Below, one piece after another: positions 1-8,585 of a stretch of DNA of 64,000 nucleotides. The position numbers and the translations under genes are program-made. Source of the stretch: a bacterium (lineage in GTDB: Bacteria > Verrucomicrobiota > Lentisphaeria > Victivallales > GWF2-38-69); contig JAJXWI010000008.1 of assembly GCA_021781705.1 (NCBI GenBank), forward strand, positions 179-64,178. Direction: 5' to 3'. Every line of letters starts with the position of its first letter. The stretch's first letter is position 1. The notes below the pieces were generated by a model that was not told the origin of the DNA, searched no databases, and saw only the letters and a list, made by a program, of their open reading frames with translations.

Positions 1-170
1 AAATTTAAACAAAAATTATAAAACCAGGAATTCGGGGAAAATTCTCACGGATTCAGGTTTAAATCATTATTGGGAAATATGCACCATTACCCACTCGTTT
101 TAAGAAAGAGCCTAAATTCTCATGGGGGGGTTATAGTTAGGTATAAAAAATAACCTTGACCGCAGCCTTA

Positions 171-355
171 GGTAAGAGTTCAGTAAAGCATGTTAAATGC
201 GACGCTTTCGGTGCATGGTCAAATGAACCGCCCGGCCATAAGAAACCACGGCGCACTCGGCGAGGTAGCCCTACCTTGAAAAATACAATATTAGGTAGGG
301 ACAGATCGCCGAGCTATCCGCTTAATTTAATGACGTACTTTACTGAATCCTTACG
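171..355. other. Structured GC-rich non-coding element, unclassified (possible sRNA or MITE-like repeat)
   Basis: Two 23-nt imperfect inverted arms, GGTAAGAGTTCAGTAAAGCATGT (171-193) and ACGTACTTTACTGAATCCTTACG (333-355), pair at 18 WC + 2 GU of 23. They enclose hairpins ATGCGACG-CTTT-CGGTGCAT (197-216) and CTCGGCGA/CCCTACC ... GGTAGGG/TCGCCGAG (256-313). The element is clearly more G+C-rich than its flanks. The 75-aa ORF 156-383 lying over it looks non-coding. Confidence 0.4.
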
Positions 356-513
356 AATTCTCTGCCTATATACTTGCTCGTGAGCGGGAAAAATTTCTGT
401 ATTGATATTTTCTGTTTCTTTGAAAAAAAACAATACTTCCAGTATATTCATAACATTGTTTTATTTGCCCTTTTGTTTTTACTTATAACATATTTATTAT
501 AAATGTATTATAG

Positions 514-3500
514 TTGTCGAGGCAATTTATGGTAAAATTGACACAATTTCCGAATTCTGGAGAACACAGGCTTTATTTTAGGGGAGATATTATTTCATTC
601 AAGCTTCAGATGGACTCCCTTATGGCGGGTAAAGCTTTTCTAAGGACTAATATCGGCAGGGCAAGTATAAGAAGAAAGGAAATAATTGAGCACATAAACT
701 CCAAAAGAGCAATAAGTTCGCAAGATTGGCATGATGTTCCCATGATGTTGGTTTCAGAAAGAGAGTATGAAATAGATCTTTCTCTTCTTGAAGTAGGCCA
801 CTTTGAAGCAATAGCTTTCTTTTTGCCGAATAACGAAATAGAGCCCATCTGGCCAGGATCTGAAAATGTTTGTATAAACGTGGAGCCTGCGGAGTATTGC
901 TGTGCTAACAGCATATACTGCGCATTTCCCCGCCAGTTCGGAGCAAATAAATATTACTCGAAGTCAACGCCTATCGAAGGGCTCACCAATGAAGACATGC
1001 TGCAGTATGATAGAGAAGGATTTACAATAATCCCTCCATCAGGGACATTCAGAGATCTGATCAACGAACTCGATTTTATAACAGAGACTTTGAATTGCAG
1101 AATTATACACTTGCTGCCTGTTAATCCAACACCTACCGTTTATGCCAGAATGGGGCGTTACGGCAGTCCTTACGCATCTCTTGACTTTACAGACATAGAC
1201 CCGTCTCTTGCGGAATTTGACAAAAAGGCAACGCCTCTGGAGCAGTTTATGGAGCTTGTGGATGCAATCCATAAAAGGAATGCAAAGCTCATAATTGATG
1301 TGGCTATAAATCATGTTGGGTGGGCCTCTAAGCTGCATGAAGAACATCCCGAATGGCTTATGCGCGAAAAAAACGGGACGATTGTTTGTCCTGGAGTATG
1401 GGGAGTTGTTTGGGGGGACCTGACGGAGCTTGATCATTCGCGTCCTGACTTATGGGAGTATCTTGCGAAAATGTTTCTTACTTGGACATCAAGAGGGGTT
1501 GATGGGTTTCGGTGTGATGCAGGGTACATGATTCCGTTCGAAGCGTGGGAATACATAATTGCAAAAGTCAGGACGGAATATCCAAATACCATATTTCTAC
1601 TTGAGGGGCTGGGTGGAGATCCCAAGATTACTTTTAACTTGCTTAACAAGGCTAATATGAATTGGGCATATTCCGAGCTTTTTCAGAATTATTCTAAACA
1701 GCAGATAGAGTCTTATGTAGCTTCATCACACAAGAAAAGCTCTGAAGACGGGCTTATGGTACATTATGCGGAGACTCATGATAACAGCAGAATGGCAGCT
1801 AAGTCAAAAACATACGCAAAAATGAGGACAGGTCTTTGCGCGCTTTTATCGGATTGCGGAGGGTTTGGCTTTATGAATGGAGTTGAATGGTTTGCGGAAG
1901 AGAACGTTGATGTCCACGAGGCAAGTGCATTAAATTGGGGGAGTAAAGAGAACCAGGTTGATTTCATAAAAAGGCTGAATTCAATATTGATTTCTCACTC
2001 GGCTTTTTATCGCGGCGCAAAAGTTGTATTTCTGAAAACAAATAGTAATGATACTATAATGGCGCTAAGATGTTGTGAAGATAACAGGCATCAGCTTCTT
2101 ATTGTTATAAATCTTAACTGCAATAAAAATATTGTTATTAATCCCAGAAATATAGAGATCCCGGAGTTTTACTCAACTACTGCACACGATCTTATAACGG
2201 AGAAAAAATTTAATTTAAAGGAAGAATCTTTAAATCTTGAGCCTGGAGAAGTTTTGTGCCTCTCGTGGGACGTCAGAGATATGACGCATGTTTTTGAGAA
2301 AGAAAACAACAATATTCTAATTCCTGACAAAATAGACAAGCAGCGTGCTCGCGCTGCAGCGTTGGGTTTACTACAATGGAAAAATGGGACGAACATAGTG
2401 GCAGGCTTGGAAACTGATAATATGGGAAAACAGTTTCTCGAAGATCCTGAAAGGTATTGCAGTACTATTTTTGCAAAAGGGGAGCCCGTTCCTCTTATTC
2501 ATTGGAATTGGCCAAGGGATATCAAAAGGAAAGTCATAGTCCCACCTAATCATCTTATCATGGTTTCTGCAGAACAACGGTTCAGGGTTACACTTTCCAA
2601 CAGTAAAAAAGTTTTTTCGTATTTTGGTAGCTTGAGATCTTCAAAAGGTGAATATTTTTATATTTTAACTCCTCCGAAAATTAAGTTGACCGAGCAAAAA
2701 ACTTTGACCATAAAAATGTCCGTTTACGGAAAGGATAAAACCATAAAAGAAGAGTCTGAACTGTTATTTCTGACAGAAGATATCCATAGAGTTAAAACCA
2801 CATTGAATAATTCTGATATACGAAAATATTCAGGGTCGTTTGTTGATACGAATGGTGGCGGAGGAATGATTCATGCCAACATAGAATGGGGAATCTTGAA
2901 GTCGAAGTACGATGCTTTTCTGGCTGCAAATCTGGACAAAAATGTCCCCGTAGACAGGCACGTTATGTTTACAAGATGCAGGGCATGGGGGCTTTACCAG
3001 GGACGGTCAGTGGAGTTAAAAACGGATAACATAGAAGCTTTCAGGTTAAATATTGATGGTGGCGGGACTTGGGATTTTCATTTGCCTGTCGGGAACGGAT
3101 TTTATGTCGATATAAGCATTGCTCTTACGATGATTAAAAATAAAAATTCAGTAAAAATGAGTGTATTTAGACACAGTGCCAATGGCCGTAATTGCTATTT
3201 GCATGATTCTGTTGAGATGAATTTGATTCTTAGGCCAGACATAGAGGATAGAAGTTTTCATAATAATACAAAAATAGACGATGCATTAAGGAGAAAATGG
3301 GAAAAAGCGGTTAATTCTTTTGAAAAGGGATTTTCATTTTCCGCCGAACCAAGCCGTGAGCTTGTGATAGTTACAACAAAAGGCCTTTTTAGGTTTTCGC
3401 CTGAGTACTGTTATTCGATCTATTATGAAACTGAAAAAGAAAGAGGAATGGATTGCAATGGGGATCTCTTCAGTCCAGGATATTTTAATATTAACCTTAT

Positions 3501-4842
3501 TGGAGGCGAGCAAGCTGAAATTATTGCGGAAATAAATGCCGCTCAGGAAAAAAATACCCCGAACTACAAGGGCAATATTAATTTCAAATATTTAATGGAT
3601 GCGACGAATCCTCTTGTAGATCATGTTTTAGTCAGAGCCATAAAAAAGTTTGTTGTTAAGAGAGACAATTTGAAGACCGTTATAGCAGGGTATCCGTGGT
3701 TTCTTGATTGGGGTAGAGATACTCTGATTTGTGTCAGAGGAATGTTGTCTGCATGTATGCTTGACGATGTTAAAAAAATATTAATGCAGTTTGGGAAATT
3801 CAGCGAAAAGGGAACGCTTCCGAATATTATTCAAGGAAAGATTGTTGGTAATCGTGATACTTCAGATGCGCCATTGTGGTTTTTTGTCGCCTGCAGCGAA
3901 TACTGTTCTGCTCTTGGCAATTATGATATTTTAGAGGAAAAAGTTGATGAGAAACGAACCCTTCTTGAGGCTCTAAAGTCCATAGCTACAGGGTATATCA
4001 ACGGAACTTCAAACGGAATAAAAGTTGATCCTGATTCTGGTCTTGTTTTTAGCCCTCCTCATTTTACCTGGATGGACACGAATTATCCGGCCGGAACGCC
4101 AAGAGAAGGTTATCCAATAGAGATTCAGGCATTATGGTATTACGCTCTTAATTTTCTTGGGAAAATTGATAAGAAAGAGGCGGTTCAGTGGCAGACAATG
4201 GCTAAAAGAGTCGCAGAATCTGTGGAAAAATATTATATTATGGACTATTTGAGCGGCAATGGTGAAAAAACTGGGAAGAGATGTCTTTCTGATTGCCTGC
4301 ATTGTTCAGGATTTAAGCCAGCCAAAGCTGCTGAAAAAGATGATCATATCAGACCCAATCAGATTTTTGCTATTCCTTTTGAACTCGTTAGCGATTATGA
4401 GCTAAGCACAGGGATTCTGGAATCTTCCTATGAGTTGTTGATTCCCGGGGCAATGCGAAGCCTTGCTGATAAACCCACAACATATCCGTTGCCGATATAC
4501 AAGAATAACAGCAGGGTGCTTCTTAATGACCCGGTCACTCCTTATTGGGGTGAATACTCAGGAGATGAGGACACGAGAAGAAAGCCTTCTTATCACAATG
4601 GAACGGCGTGGTCATGGCCCTTCCCATCATATTGCGAGGCATATTACAAAATTTATGGCAAAGATGGACTCGCTCATGCAAGAAGTATCCTATCCTCTGC
4701 TCTTCCGATTTTAGAAGAAGGGTGCCTCGGCCAACTGCCCGAAGTTCTTGATGGAAACTTTCCTCATAAGCAAAAGGGGTGCGATGCTCAGGCATGGAGC
4801 GCTACGGAATATTATAGGGTGTGGAAACTTCTGCACAGTTAA
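514..4842 (+). CDS. Bifunctional glycogen debranching enzyme, eukaryote-type (GH13 glucanotransferase-like N-terminal half + amylo-alpha-1,6-glucosidase GDE_C C-terminal half)
   Basis: 1442-aa ORF. GH13 conserved regions are present: DVAINHVG, GFRCDAGYM, FLLEGLGG, YAETHDN. C-terminal GDE_C signatures are GYPWFLDWGRDT and YHNGTAWSWPF. The ORF opens at TTG 514; the first ATG is at 529. Confidence 0.85.
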   Translation: MSRQFMVKLTQFPNSGEHRLYFRGDIISFKLQMDSLMAGKAFLRTNIGRASIRRKEIIEHINSKRAISSQDWHDVPMMLVSEREYEIDLSLLEVGHFEAIAFFLPNNEIEPIWPGSENVCINVEPAEYCCANSIYCAFPRQFGANKYYSKSTPIEGLTNEDMLQYDREGFTIIPPSGTFRDLINELDFITETLNCRIIHLLPVNPTPTVYARMGRYGSPYASLDFTDIDPSLAEFDKKATPLEQFMELVDAIHKRNAKLIIDVAINHVGWASKLHEEHPEWLMREKNGTIVCPGVWGVVWGDLTELDHSRPDLWEYLAKMFLTWTSRGVDGFRCDAGYMIPFEAWEYIIAKVRTEYPNTIFLLEGLGGDPKITFNLLNKANMNWAYSELFQNYSKQQIESYVASSHKKSSEDGLMVHYAETHDNSRMAAKSKTYAKMRTGLCALLSDCGGFGFMNGVEWFAEENVDVHEASALNWGSKENQVDFIKRLNSILISHSAFYRGAKVVFLKTNSNDTIMALRCCEDNRHQLLIVINLNCNKNIVINPRNIEIPEFYSTTAHDLITEKKFNLKEESLNLEPGEVLCLSWDVRDMTHVFEKENNNILIPDKIDKQRARAAALGLLQWKNGTNIVAGLETDNMGKQFLEDPERYCSTIFAKGEPVPLIHWNWPRDIKRKVIVPPNHLIMVSAEQRFRVTLSNSKKVFSYFGSLRSSKGEYFYILTPPKIKLTEQKTLTIKMSVYGKDKTIKEESELLFLTEDIHRVKTTLNNSDIRKYSGSFVDTNGGGGMIHANIEWGILKSKYDAFLAANLDKNVPVDRHVMFTRCRAWGLYQGRSVELKTDNIEAFRLNIDGGGTWDFHLPVGNGFYVDISIALTMIKNKNSVKMSVFRHSANGRNCYLHDSVEMNLILRPDIEDRSFHNNTKIDDALRRKWEKAVNSFEKGFSFSAEPSRELVIVTTKGLFRFSPEYCYSIYYETEKERGMDCNGDLFSPGYFNINLIGGEQAEIIAEINAAQEKNTPNYKGNINFKYLMDATNPLVDHVLVRAIKKFVVKRDNLKTVIAGYPWFLDWGRDTLICVRGMLSACMLDDVKKILMQFGKFSEKGTLPNIIQGKIVGNRDTSDAPLWFFVACSEYCSALGNYDILEEKVDEKRTLLEALKSIATGYINGTSNGIKVDPDSGLVFSPPHFTWMDTNYPAGTPREGYPIEIQALWYYALNFLGKIDKKEAVQWQTMAKRVAESVEKYYIMDYLSGNGEKTGKRCLSDCLHCSGFKPAKAAEKDDHIRPNQIFAIPFELVSDYELSTGILESSYELLIPGAMRSLADKPTTYPLPIYKNNSRVLLNDPVTPYWGEYSGDEDTRRKPSYHNGTAWSWPFPSYCEAYYKIYGKDGLAHARSILSSALPILEEGCLGQLPEVLDGNFPHKQKGCDAQAWSATEYYRVWKLLHS

Positions 4843-4863
4843 ATTTATTTGGCATAATATCTA

Positions 4864-5580
4864 ATGAAAAGAAATGACTTTAATCTAAATAATCTAAAAG
4901 CAAGATTAGGTGAATGTGCCGATAAAGATAAGGCAGAAATCTTGCAGCGTTTTTTTAAGACAGGTAAAGGACAGTACGCGGAAGGAGATATTTTTATCGG
5001 TGTTACAGTTCCTGTTATGCGAAAAATAGCCGGAGAATATTTAGATTTAGAACTGGATGTTGTGGTTACTCTTCTCAAGTCTCCTATCCATGAAGAGAGA
5101 TTGTTATCTCTTTTAATTCTTGTTTTGAAATTCCAAAAGGCTGATTTGATAAACAAGGAAAAAATCTATTTACTTTATCTAAAACATACAAAACACATAA
5201 ACAATTGGGATTTGGTTGACCTATCGGCGAAACACATTGTCGGAAGTTTTTTATTTGATAAAGGCAGGAAACCTTTGTATATACTGGCAAAATCAAATAA
5301 TCTTTGGGAAAGAAGAATTGCCATTTTATCAACCCATTACTTTATTGAGCGTAATGACTTTACTGACACACTTAAACTTTCTGAAATTTTACTAGCAGAC
5401 AAACACGATTTAATACACAAGGCCATCGGGTGGATGCTTAGGGAAGTTGGTAAACGAGATCTGACGGTAGAAGACGAGTTTCTTGCGAAATATAGCAGAA
5501 TTATGCCAAGAACTATGCTTCGGTACGCTATTGAACGATTTCCCGAAGAAAAAAGAAAGCAGTGGCTGGGGGGGAGGTGA
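4864..5580 (+). CDS. DNA alkylation repair protein (AlkC/AlkD-like HEAT-repeat family)
   Basis: 238-aa ORF. The N-terminus (...DKAEILQRFFKTGKGQYAEGDIFIGVTVPVMRKIA) and ...WERRIAILST... match the DNA alkylation repair enzyme family as I recall it. Confidence 0.7.
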   Translation: MKRNDFNLNNLKARLGECADKDKAEILQRFFKTGKGQYAEGDIFIGVTVPVMRKIAGEYLDLELDVVVTLLKSPIHEERLLSLLILVLKFQKADLINKEKIYLLYLKHTKHINNWDLVDLSAKHIVGSFLFDKGRKPLYILAKSNNLWERRIAILSTHYFIERNDFTDTLKLSEILLADKHDLIHKAIGWMLREVGKRDLTVEDEFLAKYSRIMPRTMLRYAIERFPEEKRKQWLGGR

Positions 5581-5584
5581 TTTT

Positions 5585-6031
5585 ATGAATGTACTATTTG
5601 TATGTACCGGCAATACGTGTAGAAGCCCTATGGCTGAAGGATACTTTAGGCATTTATGTCAGAAAAATAATGCAAAAGATATCGGAATTAAATCCGCAGG
5701 AGTAGGCGCTATTGACGGGTGTCCGACTTCTGATGGCGCATTGATGGTGCTTAGAGGGTTGGGAATAGATTTAAGTGAACATAGAAGTCAGAGGCTAACT
5801 GCTTCCTTATCGGCCTGGGCTGATATTATTGTTGCGATGACGCAGGGGCATAAAGATATTGTAAGCAGACAATTTTCGAATTTTAATGGAAAAATTGTGC
5901 TGCTTAAAAAATATGATGGAAAAAGTGGAGATATTTTTGATCCGATTGGAGGAGATTTTTCTACTTATAAAGCATGTTTTTCGGATATGAGAAAAGCACT
6001 TGACAATTTATTTGCGACTCTTGATAAGTAG
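5585..6031 (+). CDS. Low-molecular-weight protein tyrosine/arginine phosphatase (LMW-PTP, YwlE-like)
   Basis: Carries the P-loop signature VLFVCTGNTCRSPMAEG (CX5R) and a DP motif (DIFDPIGG). The start is set at ATG 5585 rather than the ORF-track start 5483, which lies inside the upstream gene. Confidence 0.9.
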   Translation: MNVLFVCTGNTCRSPMAEGYFRHLCQKNNAKDIGIKSAGVGAIDGCPTSDGALMVLRGLGIDLSEHRSQRLTASLSAWADIIVAMTQGHKDIVSRQFSNFNGKIVLLKKYDGKSGDIFDPIGGDFSTYKACFSDMRKALDNLFATLDK

Positions 6032-6312
6032 GATATGAGTTATTCCTTAATATGGGCTTTTCTTCGGGCCTAATATTGACAGGCATCACAACTGAAAAAA
6101 CTATCCACTCTCACCAGATAAAACCCGATTTTGTATTCAGAAAAATAACATGACCGATCTAGACGTAGTCGAAGACTTTGCAAAGTTAACGATCTGTAAT
6201 ATAATTTAACGATCGGTTATGAGATGTCATGCGGAAAGATTAACTCTTTAAACTAAAGGAGATGCTATGAACAATTTTCAACAAACCCAGAAGCAGCTTT
6301 CATTTAAGATTT

Positions 6313-8499
6313 TTGTTAGGGTTATGGATACTATATTTTTTCCTTCATGTAGTGCTCAAGCAATCAAAAGAAACTGTAGTTTACGCCGGAATTTTTACAT
6401 TTATTAGTACTGTTGGACTTGACCTTGTGATTACCTTATTGGTATTTCTATTATGGAAAAGAACAGCAGGACAGAAGAAAAAACTATTTGCTTTATTCTG
6501 CGTCTCGTTTGCGCTGCTTGCCATTGCGGATTTTAACTACACCTTAACCGTAGACATTTTAGGTATTACAAATTACTCAGGCGCTGCTGCATCTCTGTTT
6601 AGAATTCCATTCACAGGATTTCTTATTTTTCAACTTTTAGGCTGGGGGATTATTTTCCTAAAGTCAAAACCGCATCAAAATGACCGAACTTTTTTTATTT
6701 CATATTTGCCTGTTGCTCTGACAATATTAATTATTTTTACCATTTTTCTTCTTTCCAATATTACATGGAAGGTTCAGGTTTCCTCATTATTTAAACTATA
6801 CTGCTTGTCGGATACCATATTTCAAACTACGGGGTTTGTTTTTGCTTTGTTATGCCTGGCTATTACCACTAATAAACAAATTCGTTTTATAACTACTGGA
6901 TTTCTCATTATTATTACTGATGTTTTTTTTGCTATATCGAGCCATATAACACAAAATCTACTGCCAGTTGCTTGGACAGAAAATATGTGGTTTGCAGGAT
7001 TGCTTTTAATCACTTTCGGATTCAGTAATATGTTAAAAAAAACCTCAGATTTAAAAACAGACCGGTGGCTGAATAGTTTGAACAGCGTGCAGGCGCAATG
7101 CGCTTTTTGGAGTTTTGTGATTTGTATGTCATCGTTAATTATCTTTTCGGGAATTAGTTATTTGCTTATTGGACGTGATCTTCTAGAGGTATTTCCTTTG
7201 CAATATTTACCTTCGGTACTGATTGCATTTTCAGTATTTGCCGTCCTAATCAGTTCAATACTTGCGAGAGTTTTGTCCGCGCCATTCGAAAGAGTCAGGA
7301 GTATAATAGACACATATTTGAATGGGAAAAACTTTGATACAGTTCATGGAAAGCACGGGCGCAATATTTATGAATTTGAACTCTTGGAGAGTTTTTTAAC
7401 GAAATCATTTGAAGTTTTAGGCGAAAAAAATAAGGCTCAACAAGAGCTGTTTAATTGTGCGAATCAGGTGGCGCATGATATTAGATCTCCGCTAACATCG
7501 TTAAATATGGTATCTAAAATATTACCCGAATTGCCAGAGGAAAAGCGGATATTAATCAGAAATGCGGCGCAGCGCATAAACGATATTGCCAATAATCTCC
7601 TGGTGAAATATAAAGTAGATAAGGAGGTCGGTGCAGAAACACACCTGAAAGCTGAATTAGTTTCAAGCCTTTTGGATCATCTGGTATCAGAAAAACGATT
7701 TCAGATGGCGGAAAAATCAATAGAGCTCATTTTAGACTTGGGAAACAACACTCACGGCTGCTTTGTTAATTTGGAATCAGGGAAATTAAAAAGAGTAATT
7801 TCCAATCTGATTAACAATGCATCTGAGGCTATTGATGCAAAGGGTATTATTCGGCTTACCCTTGAAAAAGAATTAGACACGCTAGCGATAAAAATTATTG
7901 ACAATGGTAAAGGAATTCCCCAAGATATCCTTCCGAAAATAAAGCAGGGCGAGATAAGTGTTGGCAAAAAAGAAGGGTTTGGTTTGGGAATTTTCGGAGC
8001 TATTCAAAATATCAAAAAATGGAAAGGAACTTATGAAATTCAATCAAAAGAAGGAGAAGGAACAACCTTTATAATCAGATTGCCAATAACAGAAGCTCCT
8101 GGCTGGTTCCAGTTCCAAATAAATATCACACAGGGAATGAACGTTATAGTTCTGGATGACGATCAATCTATCCATGACGTCTGGGAAACACGTTTTCAGG
8201 AATACATTAAAAACGGGAAGATCGTATTGGAACATTTTTATACCCCATCAACATTTATTGAGTCTTGTCAAAGTTTATCTTCAACGAAAACACTATTTCT
8301 AATAGATTATGAACTGCTCGGTTCTGAAGAAACCGGGCTGGATTTAATAGAAAAACTTGAATTAAAAGATCATGCGATACTCGTAACCAGCCGTTATGAA
8401 GAGCCGGCAATCAGGGCTAAGATAATAAATCTTGGTATCAAGACTATCCCAAAAAATTTCGCCCCGTATATCCTGATCGAATTTTCGATATCTTTGTAG
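6313..8499 (+). CDS. Membrane-bound hybrid sensor histidine kinase (polytopic N-terminus, HisKA, HATPase_c, C-terminal receiver-like domain)
   Basis: About 8-10 hydrophobic segments. H-box VAHDIRSPLTSL, N-box NLINNASEAI, G1 DNGKGIP, G2 GFGLGI. The C-terminus (VIVLDDDQSIHD...LFLIDYEL...) resembles a REC domain. The start is uncertain: TTG 6313, with an out-of-frame ATG 6267 that has a strong RBS. Confidence 0.85.
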   Translation: MLGLWILYFFLHVVLKQSKETVVYAGIFTFISTVGLDLVITLLVFLLWKRTAGQKKKLFALFCVSFALLAIADFNYTLTVDILGITNYSGAAASLFRIPFTGFLIFQLLGWGIIFLKSKPHQNDRTFFISYLPVALTILIIFTIFLLSNITWKVQVSSLFKLYCLSDTIFQTTGFVFALLCLAITTNKQIRFITTGFLIIITDVFFAISSHITQNLLPVAWTENMWFAGLLLITFGFSNMLKKTSDLKTDRWLNSLNSVQAQCAFWSFVICMSSLIIFSGISYLLIGRDLLEVFPLQYLPSVLIAFSVFAVLISSILARVLSAPFERVRSIIDTYLNGKNFDTVHGKHGRNIYEFELLESFLTKSFEVLGEKNKAQQELFNCANQVAHDIRSPLTSLNMVSKILPELPEEKRILIRNAAQRINDIANNLLVKYKVDKEVGAETHLKAELVSSLLDHLVSEKRFQMAEKSIELILDLGNNTHGCFVNLESGKLKRVISNLINNASEAIDAKGIIRLTLEKELDTLAIKIIDNGKGIPQDILPKIKQGEISVGKKEGFGLGIFGAIQNIKKWKGTYEIQSKEGEGTTFIIRLPITEAPGWFQFQINITQGMNVIVLDDDQSIHDVWETRFQEYIKNGKIVLEHFYTPSTFIESCQSLSSTKTLFLIDYELLGSEETGLDLIEKLELKDHAILVTSRYEEPAIRAKIINLGIKTIPKNFAPYILIEFSISL

Positions 8500-8585
8500 G
8501 ACTATACAGTTCGCTGGTAAAATCAATAAATTCGAGTATTTTTGTAAAGAGTTAAAATTCAATATTAGTAGTAAGGATACGAATA

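Noticed and set aside
156-383. 75-aa ORF on the plus strand
   Set aside because: It lies entirely over the inverted-repeat/hairpin element. The Arg/Pro/Ser-rich sequence is implausible, there is no RBS, and it starts with a non-ATG codon. I treated it as non-coding.
130-400. Possible RNase P RNA, tmRNA, SRP RNA, 5S rRNA or riboswitch
   Set aside because: On either strand I could not find the conserved boxes I know: GAGGAAAGUCC and ACAGAA..CCGGCUUA for RNase P, the tRNA-like GGUUCGAAUCC...CCA end for tmRNA, or GGAAGCAGCC for SRP. I left it as an unclassified structured element.
5483-5584. Upstream extension of the LMW-PTP ORF (ORF-track start 5483), and likewise the 43389 start for priA and the 59836 start for the GrpB gene
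   Set aside because: The extensions overlap the preceding genes or add non-homologous residues. Internal ATGs at 5585, 43455 and 59770 give N-termini typical of the families.
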